A stretch of DNA of 64,000 nt from Stegostoma tigrinum (lineage: Eukaryota): assembly GCF_030684315.1 (NCBI RefSeq), contig NC_081370.1, positions 25,547,078 through 25,611,077 on the forward strand. The letters are read 5' to 3'. The position numbers were made by a program, and so were the translations under genes. The notes beneath the pieces were generated by a model. That model worked only from the letters and a program-made list of their open reading frames with translations. It was not told the DNA's origin and did no database searches. This document shows, piece by piece, positions 13,702 through 26,650 of this stretch; positions within the stretch are counted from its first letter, which is position 1, and each line of letters opens with the position of its first letter.

Positions 13702-14169
13702 GCCCACAGACGTCTTGAAACTGTTGCATTTAGTCTACATCAGAACAAGGCAGCTCTTCTTCCGAATAAATTCTGATCTTCTCTCTGTTAAAAGAAATAA
13801 ATTGTACTAATGTTACTACAGACAGAATAGCCTGATGTTCTGCTATTCCAGTTTTACAATCTGTTAAAAGACTATTAAAAGTTGCACAAATTATTGTACG
13901 AGTTATGAACTGTCTCAAAGACATTCAGTGCTTTTCACGACTAAAGTAGCTTTGTCAAAAGCAGCCATGTCCAGTTTTAACGTCCACGTGCAATTTTAGT
14001 TTTCTTCTGTCAAAAAGCAGTATATCAAATTGCCTCAACACTATGTATTTACAACTCGACGTTTACTAAGGATTGAATATTGCTGTATGAAATTTATTCA
14101 AAGTAATGTATCTGACAATGAACTTATCAAGTACCTACTGCATATCTGCTTTTCCAACAGCGAAAGAAA

Positions 14170-14600
14170 GTAAAAATTAGGAACTGGCAGAATGGAAAAG
14201 GAAAATGAAGTGCTAACTATTGGACAGGCCAGACTTGTAGCCACTGGAATTTAGAAGAGCAAGAGGCAAATTGATTGAAACAAACGAGATCTTGACAAGG
14301 TGGATGTGGATAGAACGTTGCCTCATGGTAGAATCTAGAACTTGGGGTATTACCTTAAAATAAGTCACCCCTTTGAGACAAATGAGGAAAAGAGAAGAGA
14401 AATTTTCTTCTCAGGAGGGTCTCGAGCCTTTGGAACAGACTTCCTCAAAGACAAGAAGCAGAGTCAGAATCTCTTTAAAGATAAGTCAGGTAGAGGCCTG
14501 AGAGGCTAGGTAGTGAAAGGTTAGCAGAGGTAGATGGAAATATGGAACAAACAGATCAGACATGTTAGTGATTGAAAGAACAGATTTGAGGGGCCTAGGC
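14170..14600 (+). mobile_element. Degenerate CR1 3' fragment
   Basis: ggaatttagaagag...cttgacaaggtggatgtgga...gaatctagaac, typical of the CR1 ORF2 end and 3'UTR. Confidence 0.6.
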
Positions 14601-15289
14601 CTAATTCACATGATTGTACATTGTATACATTAATAAAGAGCAGATTTAAAAGGAAAAGCAAGTAGTAAAAGGGATGACTTGGAAATTCAGCATGCAAGTC
14701 CTGAAATGTTATAACTTATTAAAACTGCCATCATCAGCAATGACCAAAACCTTACTGTTCAAGATGCCAGCATACAACTAAAACCGACCTGGCCAAAGTG
14801 TACTATTTTTATATAAGAAAATAATCACCGAGTACATCATTGATCCTATTTCTCATGCATAAAATGGTTTGGATTCGTCAGGTGGCGGTCAGCTCCTGTA
14901 TCTCTCATATTACTTTAAGGTTCAAGATGAAATGCAGACATGAAATCTTGCAGTATCCTCCCCCCCACCCCATCTCTCTTTTCAAAAAAATGGAACAAAA
15001 AAGGTTTCCAGTGAGTCAGTTGCCAACATAACTCTTTAAATGGAGCAAAGGTGCACCAGTCATGGTCAGCCCCTACGGTTGAGGTCAAGCAACAAGTGAC
15101 ACACTGTCCCAAACTAACAAGTCTCTATGACAGCAAAGTTACATATGTTATTATTTGAGCTGTTATGTCTGCCAAGCAGATTTGAAATGAACATAAGCAA
15201 TGGAGTGACATAATATTCTTGGAAAAATATATGTCACTCATATACAAATAACTTTTTGAATTAAGTAATAAAATCTTGATTGATGCTCT

Positions 15290-15660
15290 TGTGCAGTACT
15301 GAGGAACTACAGCACTCTTGGAGATAGAGTATTTTAGATCAAGTATTTTATTCAGCAGAAGTACATACCCAGAGCAAACTATGGCATCATTTGCTGAGTT
15401 TAAAAGGTGATTAGCCCATCACTTAATCTGTAGATGGGATAGTGCTTGGTGACATTCAGCATTGCTTCTAGCTCTACACCGAAAAATGTTTGTACAGAAG
15501 CCACAGCAGTGAACATTAAAATGTTTTCTTCCACCCTTGGGCGATTTGAAAATATCCCATGCCCTATTTTGAAGAGATGGGGAATTCTCTCCATTAACAT
15601 GCCCAACATTTATCCATCAACCAATCTTGAAGTGAGCATATTGATTGCATATTTTTCCTT
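15290..15660 (+). mobile_element. Old Deu-domain SINE relic (SacSINE1/AmnSINE-like); similar minus-strand relics near 22.6-22.9 and 24.2-24.3 kb
   Basis: gtgcagtactgagg...atcccatgccctattttgaagag...caacatttatccatcaacc resembles the Deu domain as recalled. Confidence 0.55.
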
Positions 15661-15814
15661 TCCTGCAAGAGCCTGCCATGAAAATTCTTTTCATGATCTA
15701 ATCCTTCTAACTTCCAATCATTCTGGTTTCTGAATAATCAAAAATATCCTTATTGTAATTTGATGATCAGAATTTGAACACCTACTGTGAGAATAACAGA
15801 GGCGGCCATTTTTG

Positions 15815-16000
15815 GATCTCTTTCTGCTGGGTACTCCGATTTCCTTCCACAGTCCAAAGACATGCAGGCTTGGTGGACTTGTCATGGGGAATGCAGGGTT
15901 GGAGGGATAACATATAGGAATGGGTCCAGGTGCCATGCTCTTTGGAGGGTTGGTGTGGTCTTGATGAGCTAAATGGCCCGCTTCCACTCTATGAGATTCC
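15815..16000 (+). mobile_element. 5'-truncated HE1-type SINE
   Basis: ttccttccacagtccaaagacatgcagg...ctctttggagggttggtgtgg, as in the 8857 and 47987 copies. Confidence 0.7.
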
Positions 16001-16113
16001 AGGTGTCAATTTGCACCTCCCAAATCCATATTATTTTTAAAACTCCAAACAAGAACCCCTTCAAGTTTCCAAAAGGTACTAAAATGCGCTCAATCACAAA
16101 TGATAGCCAGTGA

Positions 16114-16327
16114 AGTAACAAGATGTGGAGCTGGATGAACACAGCAGGCCAAGCAGCATCTTAGAACCAGGAAAGCTGACGTTTCGGGCCTAGACCATTT
16201 CTGATGAAAGATCTCGGCCCAGAACGTCAGCTTTCCTGCTCCTAAGATGCTGCTTGGCCTGCTGTGTTCATCCAGCTCTACATCTTGTTATCTCGGATTC
16301 TCCAGCATCTGCAGTTCCTATTATCTC
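16114..16327 (+). mobile_element. Fold-back PLE pLTR element with hammerhead motif and 13-bp TSD
   Basis: ~80-bp inverted arms (16116-16196 vs 16210-16290); CTGATGA at 16201; TSD tg(a/g)tagccagtga at 16101-16113 and 16328-16340. Confidence 0.9.
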
Positions 16328-18379
16328 TGGTAGCCAGTGAGAGACTGCTAAAGATAAACAATTCCTCTTTGTCCTTACAATCTGTCTGCAACCTTTAACA
16401 TCACTATTTTTCTCTTATGTCACTCCACGGACGTCCAGCTGAGCGAGACTGCATCTACCCAATTCCATTCTTATTTATCTATCTAATCACAGCCAAAAAA
16501 CCTATCAAGTTTCTCTTGCACCTCCTTCACCATTAACTCCGGTGATCCACCCTCAGCCTCTCAGTTTTCTCATCTTCACACTACACCTTAACCAAAAGCC
16601 CAGTGTTGGTTTTCACATGTATGCAAGCAACAGAAACACGACTCACCTTGCATCAGTCCACCATTATCAAATTCAGCCGACTGATCCAACTTCTAGTGCT
16701 GACTGATCATGAATATCCTCTAATTAAACATCAGGAAAATTGACGTATCGCTTTTGGTCCAGAATTCCATTTCCTAGCGAATCGATCATTCTCCCTGACT
16801 ACTGTCTGGAGCTGAATTAAATTGTTCGCACCCTTAGGTATGTATAAAAACCCAAGTCGAGATTCCAACCACAGAACTGCAATCACCAAGGCTGCTCATT
16901 TTCACCTGCGGAACGGTTGCTTTGTTCAACTCATCTCCTGCTGAAATCTTCATCCATGTCTTTGTTACCTTCAGGCTTGACTATTTCAAGTCAGTCACGG
17001 CTATCTTCCTACAGTCTATCCTCCAAAAACCTGATGTCAGTTAAAACTGTACCAATAATGGTCTTTAACAAAGCAAGTCTTGCCCATCATCCACATGCCC
17101 AAAGACATACACAGACCATCATTCAAACTATCCCTCAACTTTTTCCAATTTCACAAGTTCATTTTCAAGTCAGTCCTTAGACCCATTCCTTATTATCCTT
17201 AAATCTCTCAGAACAACCATAATCCTCACCACTGTTCAGAATAAAATACTTGTTAAAAAACAAACAGCAGACAGAAATCCTGCACTACCTGCCTGCCGCT
17301 CCTAATCTGTTTGATCGTTACCATTTGCCATCTGTTGACAATTTTAAGCGGTAGGGTGGCCAGCTCCTGAAAAATGCTATCATGTCACACTTAGCCTCAA
17401 CAACATACTTGAGCAACAGGAGATGCTTCAAGGCAGGAACACCAAAACTCAAGGTCCTAAAGTACGTGGTCATTTTGGACACAAGAGATCTTGTACGAAA
17501 AGGATTACATTGGAGGGGTCCAAAAGGTGGTGTTCTGCTGGATTTCTATTTAATAGACTAACACCCAAACCTATTGGCAATATAACTGAAGACTTGAAAC
17601 ATCACATTTCATAACTCACCCTGTTCTCGCATAGCACCCACCTGTATTCTTGTAAACCACTGTACTAGGCATGTTCTCCCCGGAAATAGTATTAAAGGGA
17701 AATCCTTGGAAATTTTGAGGTAAAACTCAACCCCAACATGACAGCATTATCAGACGACATTAGCTCGCTTCAGACCAATCTCACAACAGGCAGCTGATAA
17801 ATACTCCATTTTATTGGACCAGATTTTTCTGGCATATTTATATAAACCAAGCTCACTGTTGGGCAAACTCAAAAACAACAACATCTTTAGGCTGATTCAG
17901 AGTCAAAAGTCGCAAAAGCAGAATTATGCAATGGCAATAGTGCCTGAAGGGGTCCAGGAATGCAACGGACAAATAAGTTAAAATACTTGCATTCACATAA
18001 CACCTTTCATGACTCGTGGACATCACAAAAGACTTAACAGCCAACATAGTATTTTTGGAGCACAGTCAGTGCAGTAATGCACTGGGGATTCCACACAGCA
18101 AGCTCCTATAAAGAGTACCGTGATCCTAATAAGGTCATTTCTCTTTTCAAAACGATGCTGATTAAGAAGTAAACATCAACCAGGAAACCTGAGTTCATCC
18201 TCTGGCCATTCATAATATCTACTTCCCAGCTTGATCTGTTCAGAGACACAAGTCAATCACCACAACTTGTGAAAAACATCAACACCGTCTGTGGCAGTAA
18301 GAAAAAAATCTTGCTTTTAATTACAAAGAACTTTGAAAACGAACAGTCATATAGTACATCCTCAACTTCAAGCTGTAGA

Positions 18380-19030
18380 AGTAACAATCTTATACCAAAG
18401 GTCAGCAGGATGGTGAAGGCAATATTCAGCACATTTGCCTTCATCCATCAGAACATTGAGAGTGTAGGAGTTGAGATATCATGGAGATGTTGTATAGAGC
18501 TTTGGCAAAACTACTTCTACAACACTGGTAGAATTCTAGTCACCCTTCTGTAGCAAAGTGGTTGTTAAACTTGAAACGGTGGAGAAAAGTTTTAAAGAAC
18601 GTTGCCAGGGCTGAAGTTTTTGAGCTGTAGCTAAGAGGCTGAAATAGGCTGGGGCGTTCTTCCCTGGAAACTTGGCGGCTGAGGGGCGACCTAATTGGGA
18701 TTTATAAAATCATGAAGGGCATCCACAGGATGAATAGCCAAGGTCTTTACCCTAGGAGTGGCCTGGGGTGGGGGGTCCAAAATTAGAGGTCCATGGTTTA
18801 AGGTGAGACGGGAAAGACTTTTCTAAAAAAAAAGGACCCGAGGGGTAGCTCTTTCCCACACAGGGTGATGAGTGTATGGAATGAGCTGCAAAGGAATTGG
18901 TGACCGTGGGTACAATTACAACATTTAAAGAGCCATCTGGATGGGCATACAAATAGAAAGATATGGGCCAAATGCTACCAAGTGGGACTAGGTCACATTG
19001 GAATGTCTGGTCAGCATTGCATGACTATGC
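18380..19030 (+). mobile_element. CR1 (HER1-like) 3' fragment
   Basis: ORF2 C-terminal and 3'UTR similarity to 37.8-38.4 kb and 30.0-30.6 kb. Confidence 0.8.
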
Positions 19031-19394
19031 AAGACTCATTCTAAAAAAAAACTACAGCACAACTAAAGGGAGGGGCATGCAAGGGAAAAGAAAAATAACG
19101 GCTCCCAGCTGCCCAAGACACCCTATTCTCTTCTACGTCTGGCAAACTCAATTTTCACCCCATCATTTGTCTTTCCCCATTTTCTCAGTCCTCTCAGATG
19201 AAAGAATTTGCCTACATTGTAGGCACATTTCATGACTTGGGGATGTCCCAAACCAACTTACAGTCAAAGTGCTTCACTGAAATGAAGCTGTTGTAGCAAG
19301 TCCCACCACCATGGCCTCTCCCATCAGATGCAAACTACTGAATGGTTTGCTCTGTTTACTCTTTTCCATTAAAAGCAAAACCTTACCTCTTCCA

Positions 19395-20138
19395 ATGATG
19401 CAGATTGTAGGTTGTGGAATAAAGCACTAATCAATGGTTCATTTTTAACCTCTGAACCCACCTCGCACTCCAAAATCACTTTTTCAGCTCCAAACTCTTA
19501 CATCTAACTAAGGTACTTGAACACAGTTGCCTTTTGGTCTCTCCCACAATGGCTGAATCAAACTTTCAATCCAGCTTACATCCTACTCTTGCCACTGGTA
19601 TTGTTTACAAAACAAAAAAAAAAACCCATCAATTACACTCAAGACTGCAACCACAGGACATTAATCTTTCTTGAAATACAAGTTAAAACTTCATGGACTT
19701 CTCCTCTTCCACTTTTATTCCATGCTAATTACAATTTAGAACCAGGTTCACATGCACACTGAAGACATTGATGTACACTGCTGACTTTGATGTAGACTGA
19801 CATGACTTTAGAATTTGCTGTCAAATTGCGAACTAATCAGACATTCCAACAAGCAAAAAAATAAAACAAGTCACAGCCAATAATCCTTGGCCAAATCAAA
19901 AACTTACACCTTTGTCAGCAGCTTGGTTCCCTATCTCAAGAATGAAGAATTTTGTTTTACTTCATCGCTCACCATTCTAAACTCTAGGGAATAACTCACT
20001 CATTCCAGAAATCAGTCCAGAGAACCATTATCAGACTCCCTTGAAAGCACACATCGCCTAAGTGTAAGGAGGTGAAAACGACAACTAGTAGGATACCATT
20101 GATTAGTGCTTTATTCCACAACCTACAATCTGCATCAT
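19395..20138. repeat. Perfect 44-bp inverted repeat (19395-19438 and 20095-20138) with a 656-bp spacer
   Basis: atgatgcagattgtaggttgtggaataaagcactaatcaatggt is the exact reverse complement of accattgattagtgctttattccacaacctacaatctgcatcat. Confidence 0.95.
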
Positions 20139-20717
20139 AAAAGATGAAACTTCAAGAACATGGGTTAACAGCCTTGAAGGATTGTTCACTCATTTGCAAA
20201 GATGATATTTGTTTCAGTTATTACAGCATGTCTCTTTCAATACTGCTAATAAATTTAATAAGTCAACCCACTCCTGATAATTCAAAGATCTGAAACAATG
20301 TTATAGCCCGTAATTTATATTAGGTAATATATTGCAAGGAAAGAGTTTGTAGTTGACAGCAGATTACTTGAGTCAAGTGTTTGAGTTAAACAGACTTTTA
20401 ACTGGCAAGTATAACAGAACCAAAATTACCTGAAACAATAATTTTTTCACCTTAAAAAAACTGTGGGAATAATTTATTTCAGTTAAAAAAGTGAAATAAA
20501 ACACTCGAACATGTAAATGTAGCAACTACTTGGAAATGAACTAATAACGTTATTATTTATTATGAGAACTGAAAACAGCAGTAGGAGGTTATGCTTCAGT
20601 TATTTAGAGAGTTAAAGACACCACATCCAGAGTACCAAGTACAGATTTGGTCTCCTTATGCAAGGCTGGAAGTGCAGTCAGTTTCCAGATCACAAACAGG
20701 TTCCACTTTGGAGTCTG

Positions 20718-20862
20718 AGATAACAAGGTGTAGAGCTGGATGAACACAACAGGCCAAGCAGCATCCTGCTCCTCTGATGTTGCTTGGTCTGCTGTGTTCA
20801 TCCAATTCTACACTTTGTTATCTCAGATTCTCCAGCATCTGCAGTTCCTACTATCTCTGAAG
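20718..20862 (+). mobile_element. Fold-back PLE pLTR element (hammerhead deleted) with 15-bp TSD
   Basis: Inverted arms agataacaaggtgtag.../...ctacactttgttatct; TSD cca(c/t)tttggagtctg at 20703-20717 and 20863-20877. Confidence 0.88.
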
Positions 20863-23474
20863 CCATTTTGGAGTCTGTTTGCAAGTCAGAACACCACTCA
20901 CAATGTAAAGTAAATGCTTGTATATCAGGTGTTCTAAGTTACGTCCCCCATAAGGGATTATGCCTGTTATTCAGACAACCCCTCTAACTACGTCAGAAAT
21001 ACTTCACAAAGTTAACCAAACTAATATTAGAACGGGTGAGTTGTCTGATGAAGGAACGCCAGAAAACTTAGCCTTGAAGCCATTGTAACAGAAGATGTGT
21101 GTTTGCGTGTGTGTGTATGCACACACATGGTTGGGGGGGGGGCGCGAAATCAGGATTGACATTTGTCTTAGCAGGGTAAATACAGAAAGGATATTTCTCA
21201 TGGGAGAATCTAGAAGCTCCAGAGTCACTTTCAAATTTGAGTTGCCCATTTCAGATGTGAGGAGAAACTCGAGTGTTTGGAGTTTCCTTCCTGAAACACC
21301 ACTGCAGAATTCTTGAAAATTTTACTGGCAAAGATGGATACATTGTTGAGAAGCAAACAGGTGAAAGGTGATCACTGATAGGCAAGAACATGAAGTAACA
21401 ACGTCAGCTGTTATCTTACTGAATGGCCAAGCAGGCTCAAAAAGCCAAGTGGCCCGCTCCTAATTCATCCACTTAGAAAGTATACTTTTGTACAATATAC
21501 AAGGAGCCGAAGTAATGCATGAAGCTGTAATGGGATATGAAAGATTATATAACTGATAGGACAATCAACCATGCAGTAGCTGAAGCAGAAAGCAGCATCC
21601 TCCAGCAGTGACGCAACCTTCCCAGATTATTGACAACCATGTTTAATTGACTACATAACTAACCTGCACATATTTTTGCTTTTCTGGAATTATCATGATA
21701 TACACTTCTTGTGTCAAGGTAAGGGTATCTCTCACTTCTACTTTCAACTCCAGTCAAGCTTCTCATGGTCGTATTGCTACAAATTCATGTTGTCATGAGG
21801 GTAGTCAAGTGACAAAGAAAAACCAGGTGAAAGGAGGGGTTTTTCCTTGGGTCACATTTTGTATATCTCGCACCAATGACAACCAAAAATGCACAAAAGG
21901 GATGTTCTTACATTGGCTGGTTGGAGTACGTTCTAACTACAAACACCAGAAGAAACACTCAGTTTAATTTACGCACAAATTCAGGGCCATTTTGGTATAA
22001 AATCCATAATTCAAATTCCAATTTAAAAAACATTAACTGTTTTTGTCATCAATAGTGTCACTACATTTTTCTTTATAATGTTGACAGTTGAGAACAAGCA
22101 ATTTATTGACTATTTAAACTGAACATGCGATGAAACCACTTTAAAAAACAATTATGAACAGAAACACAGGACAAGAACACAAGTTTCACATTAGAAGTCA
22201 TTCAATTCTAAAATCATTCATGAATAAAAATATTTAATCAAAAAAAACAAATCCCAGGTGACAATCAGCACAAACTATCAACTTACATGTGCTTCTAAAG
22301 CACATAGCTGTTGAAGTTACTGCAGTTGACGTTGATGCTTATGAATAATACTGAATAACCATGCATTCATTATTGTAATTTTTTTTACACAAGTTAAAAA
22401 TACAGAAACACAAATAGGACCATTCAGCCCCTCAAGCCCACTTTGCCAGCAAGGTCATGGCTGATCTGCATCTCAGCTCTATTTATCTCTCTTGGATCCT
22501 TATTTCACATTAACTTTATTCAATAAAAAACAATTAATGTTCCAATTTTAAATTAACTGAGCAAGAATTCGTGCCTATTTAAGTGTAAAAAGCAGACACT
22601 GCACTGAATTTGCACATGCAAATAAAAGCTGGTTTTCAATTATTTGTTATTTTTGATGGTGTTTGTTGAAGCTAAAAAAGTTTGCCAAGACACTGGTTTT
22701 CATTCTTCTTTGAGATGATGGAATCCTCCACTTCCATCCAAGATAGACCTCATCTGCAAATCAGCACCCATAATAATACGGGCTTGACTCAGGACTGTTA
22801 TTCTAAGGTCATCCTGTATTATAAAAGATAAAGTCAAAAGTGGGGTTTGAACACAATCTTTGAATTCAGATACAAGTGCTCCCGATTGAGCATTTTAATT
22901 TTGAAACTCAAGTCTTGGGAGCTTGTGTTTTCCAATCTGTTCAATTAGTATCCAAACCTACATTCATACCCAATGAATGCATGAAGCAAGTGTTATATCT
23001 GTTCAAAAGACTAACCAAGTCAATATAGAGAAATGCCAAACGACACTCAAAATGGCAAATAGTAACACATTACATTACAGATCAAATTTTACACAATGAT
23101 ACGTATTTAATTAAAACCCAACTGTCAATCAAGATGCAGTTTATGAAAATGACATCGCCTATTTCGAGGAATAAGAGACTCACATTAAAAAAAAGCATCT
23201 TTCACAACTTCAAAGCATCTGTAAGCATTACAACCAATAAAGAGAGTTTTTGAAGTGTGATCACTTTTGTCATGTAGTCCATTTGTGATCAACAAGAACT
23301 GAAGTAATAAGATAGTGGTCATATAAAATTGTTTTGGTGATGCTGGTTGAGATATACATATTAGTCTGGAAACCAGAATTCCCAACATTCTCCAAGTGCT
23401 GCCTTTGAACACTGACTTCCAACTGAGAGGGCATATTTGGTGGAACACTTTATGTTAAATAAAATGGGAGAGCC

Positions 23475-24178
23475 TTGGGTAGTGTCGTAGAAGAGAGACC
23501 TAGGGGTGCAGGTACATAATTCTTCAAAGTTTGTGTCACATATAGATAAGATGGTTACAAGGCATTTAGCACACTTCCTTCATTGCTCACTCCTTTCAGC
23601 ATAGGTGTTGGGACATTATGTTGAGGTTTAATGGGACATTGGTGAGGCCTCTTCTGGAATACTGTTTCCAGTTCTTATTGCCTAGTTTATAGGAGGAATA
23701 CTGTCAAGCTGGAGAGGGTTCAGAAGAAATTTACCAGGATGTTGCCAGCTATGGCAGTTCTGAGTTGAAGGAAAGGCTGGGCCTTTTTTCACTGGAATCT
23801 AGGAAGTTGACAGGTGACCTGAAAGAAGTTTATAAAATAATGAGAGGTATAGATACAGCTGATGGCGGTTGAAATTCCCCATCACAGGGAAAAGACGAGA
23901 CTGGGGCACATCTTTAAAAAGGTGAGAGGAGAGAGATTTATAAAAAAAATTCTCATGCTTTTTTTTTAAAAAGAAAGCAGTGAGGGTAGTACATGTGTGC
24001 AATGAACTTCCTGATGAAGTGATGGATGTGGGTACAATTACAACATTTCGGATGGATATATGGATAGGAAAAGTTGAGGGATACAGGCCAGGAGCAGGCA
24101 GGTTGAACTAGTTTAGTTTGGGATGATGTTCAGCATGGTCTGGTTGGACCAAACAGTCTGTTCCCATGCTATTTGACT
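23475..24178 (+). mobile_element. CR1 3' fragment
   Basis: ctggagagggttcagaagaaatttaccaggatgttgcc (LERVQKKFTRML) and CR1 3'UTR. Confidence 0.8.
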
Positions 24179-25179
24179 GCAGCATTCCCCTAGCATCGCA
24201 CTACAGTGTCAGCTTGAATGACATAGTCAAGTGTCTGAAGGGAATCTTGTACAGCTTTCTGTCCCAGGAGAATGCTATCACTGAACCAAAGCTGATAACT
24301 GATTCCAGTTTTCATACTGTATCTAGATGAAGGTGACTATTTAGTCCATCACCACTAGACTATACATAAAGATTGAAATATGACTTGCTCATCATAAACA
24401 AATATTCAGCTATTCTATAAATGGCTCAAGTAAACTCCACATGACCACTCTCGAGAAGCATGTCAGCTAAGTCCTAAGTGTACCTGTTAAAGCTGTGCAT
24501 CTACTACAGTTAATATAACGTTTAGGTTTTAGTTGTGTTCAGATTTACACATTCTATAGATTGCATAAAAAGCTGAAAACTCTTATGGTTGAAAAAAATT
24601 AAGCTGAATAGAACAAGTAGTCTGAACATGAAGCCCTGTCACAAACAGACCTGTAGCTTTGCTTGCTTAGAGTTCAGCACGCAAATGTCTCACTTTAATT
24701 TCAACTACAGGCCACAACATCAAAAAACTAAAAACGTGGTCTGACAAAAATTAAAAGTTTAAGCATGATTTTCTCACTACCTTGACCTATTATAAACTCT
24801 CCAATTTTAAATTACAGATTACATATCAGTGAATATATCATTACAAAATCTAACGTTAATCCAATTGGTGTAAAATGCATTAACCTGTCTAGTTCTATCT
24901 TTACAAATAAAAAGTACTTCAGAGAATAATCAGGAAGACTACAAAACAAAAATGCTTTTCTTTCGTAAATTTTGAAAGGAATTAGATATATACATGGTCT
25001 GGACGTATGTTTTCAACACTTGGTCAGTTGTCATATTTCTTTGTTAGGAGGAGGAGGAAGCCACATATATTCCTATTATAACAATTACTCCGATAAAAGT
25101 AGGAGAACGAAGGTCACGGGAAATTGCCTCCAAGATTCAAAGTTACCAACGACTGAAGGTAAAATGCTTCTTAACGGGC

Positions 25180-26650
25180 ATCAATTGCCTTGTTGTATAT
25201 ACAAACAGAGGTCAGACAAGATCACTGACGACACGATACTATGCCGGTACTGATACGACAGCAGGTTTGCTTTACACTTGACCTCAACACGAAGCAAAGC
25301 ATTAAGAGTTTGCACCTCTCTCTCTCTCGATAAACGATATCTCACCGCCCCCTTCCGACTAAAGTAGAAAGAGAACCCGAGCAACAAAACCTTAAAATCC
25401 AGTTTCTGGACACTTGGCCACAAGACGAAAGAAACTCAGGAAAGGCACGAAAACGCACATAGGAAATCGCATCACTTTTATGGGGGGGGGGGGGAAAAAG
25501 AGTGGAAAAAGAGAAAAAGCTAGGTTCAAGAGTAAAACAAAATGCCAAATCGAAGGAAAAAAAACGTAATTTAAGAGACGAGCAGCATTTAATCCTGAAG
25601 GACATTTCCAATTTCCTCCACCTGGCGGCGTATTTCTTTAAAATTGGTTAGTCTCTTTAAATCGCCAAAAGATAATGACTATATCTAAATGAGGTTGTAG
25701 AAATTTAAAAACTTACACCCGTCAATGTCACAAAACAGCTCTGCAAGGACAAAACAGACCGGTATAAAAAGAGCTACTGTGCAAACAAATTACGGCTAAA
25801 AGCCGATGATGGAACGTGAAGTTAAAGCCGGTTCCATTTTGTACGGCTGGCTTCAGGAGGAGGAGAAGAAAAAAAAGAGGAAAACCGTTCAGGCCGAAAG
25901 CAAAGCCTCGGCATAAACTCTCCGAAAAACAGGACGGCAGCTCCATCCCTTCGGCATCGACGTCGAAAACAATCGCCGCTTGTTCGAGGAAAGGGAGCAG
26001 AACAAAAACCCTAGTTTAAAAAAATTCCTACGAATTTTATTGTTTAAAAACACAGACACACACACAGAGGGAGGGAGAGGCAGAGAGAGAGAGAACCCCG
26101 GCCATGATTTCTCACCCCAACTTAGCTGCTTTCAGCGATCAGACGTGGGCCAACATCAATACAGAAACACCCGAGCGAGTCGTCCTTATTTTTTAAAAAA
26201 ACAAAAATACGTAAACTTCCGTCGTTGTTTTTCTTTAAAAACCCCACCCTCGCTTCGCTTCTGTCCTCAGGTCGAGCCAGGGATCGCCGTCCAAATTTGC
26301 GGGGCAATTTCTACAAAATTAACATTATAATCCAACATGGCGGCTGGCGTCGGCCGGCGGGCTGTCAGCGGCTCCCGCAGCGACTGGCAAAATAATCCCG
26401 CAGCTTCTTCCACCTCCGCCACCACCCCCCCACCCCGACTACTCCCTCACTTCTCCACCTCCCTCAACAAAAAAAAACCGGGGTGGGGAAAGAGAGAAGA
26501 ACACACTATCTCCAACCTTCAGCCGCCCGGCGAGAAACACCGATCGACCGGCGAAGGCTTTCTCTTGACTGCTTGATGTTCCGAGCCAGGGTGCGGCTGC
26601 CTTTTATTTTAATTATCAATTTAAATCCCCTCTCATCCAAAACGCGGATG
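25180..26650 (-). promoter_or_regulatory. KMT5B: CpG island / probable KMT5B promoter
   Basis: Sharp rise in CpG density in an otherwise CpG-depleted window, ~12 kb upstream of the first coding exon; YY1-like CCGCCATGTT on the minus strand at about 26334-26343. Confidence 0.8.
26116..26400 (-). other. KMT5B: Probable non-coding exon 1 of KMT5B (TSS not locatable)
   Basis: Donor GGG|gtgaga at 26115 inside the CpG island; alternative donors at about 25716 (|gtaagt) and 25345 (|gtgag). Confidence 0.5.

Noticed and set aside
21042-21072. Hammerhead-like CTGATGA-aggaacgcca-GAAA (also CTGACGA near 2797)
   Set aside because: Stem II does not pair; at best heavily decayed pLTR relics
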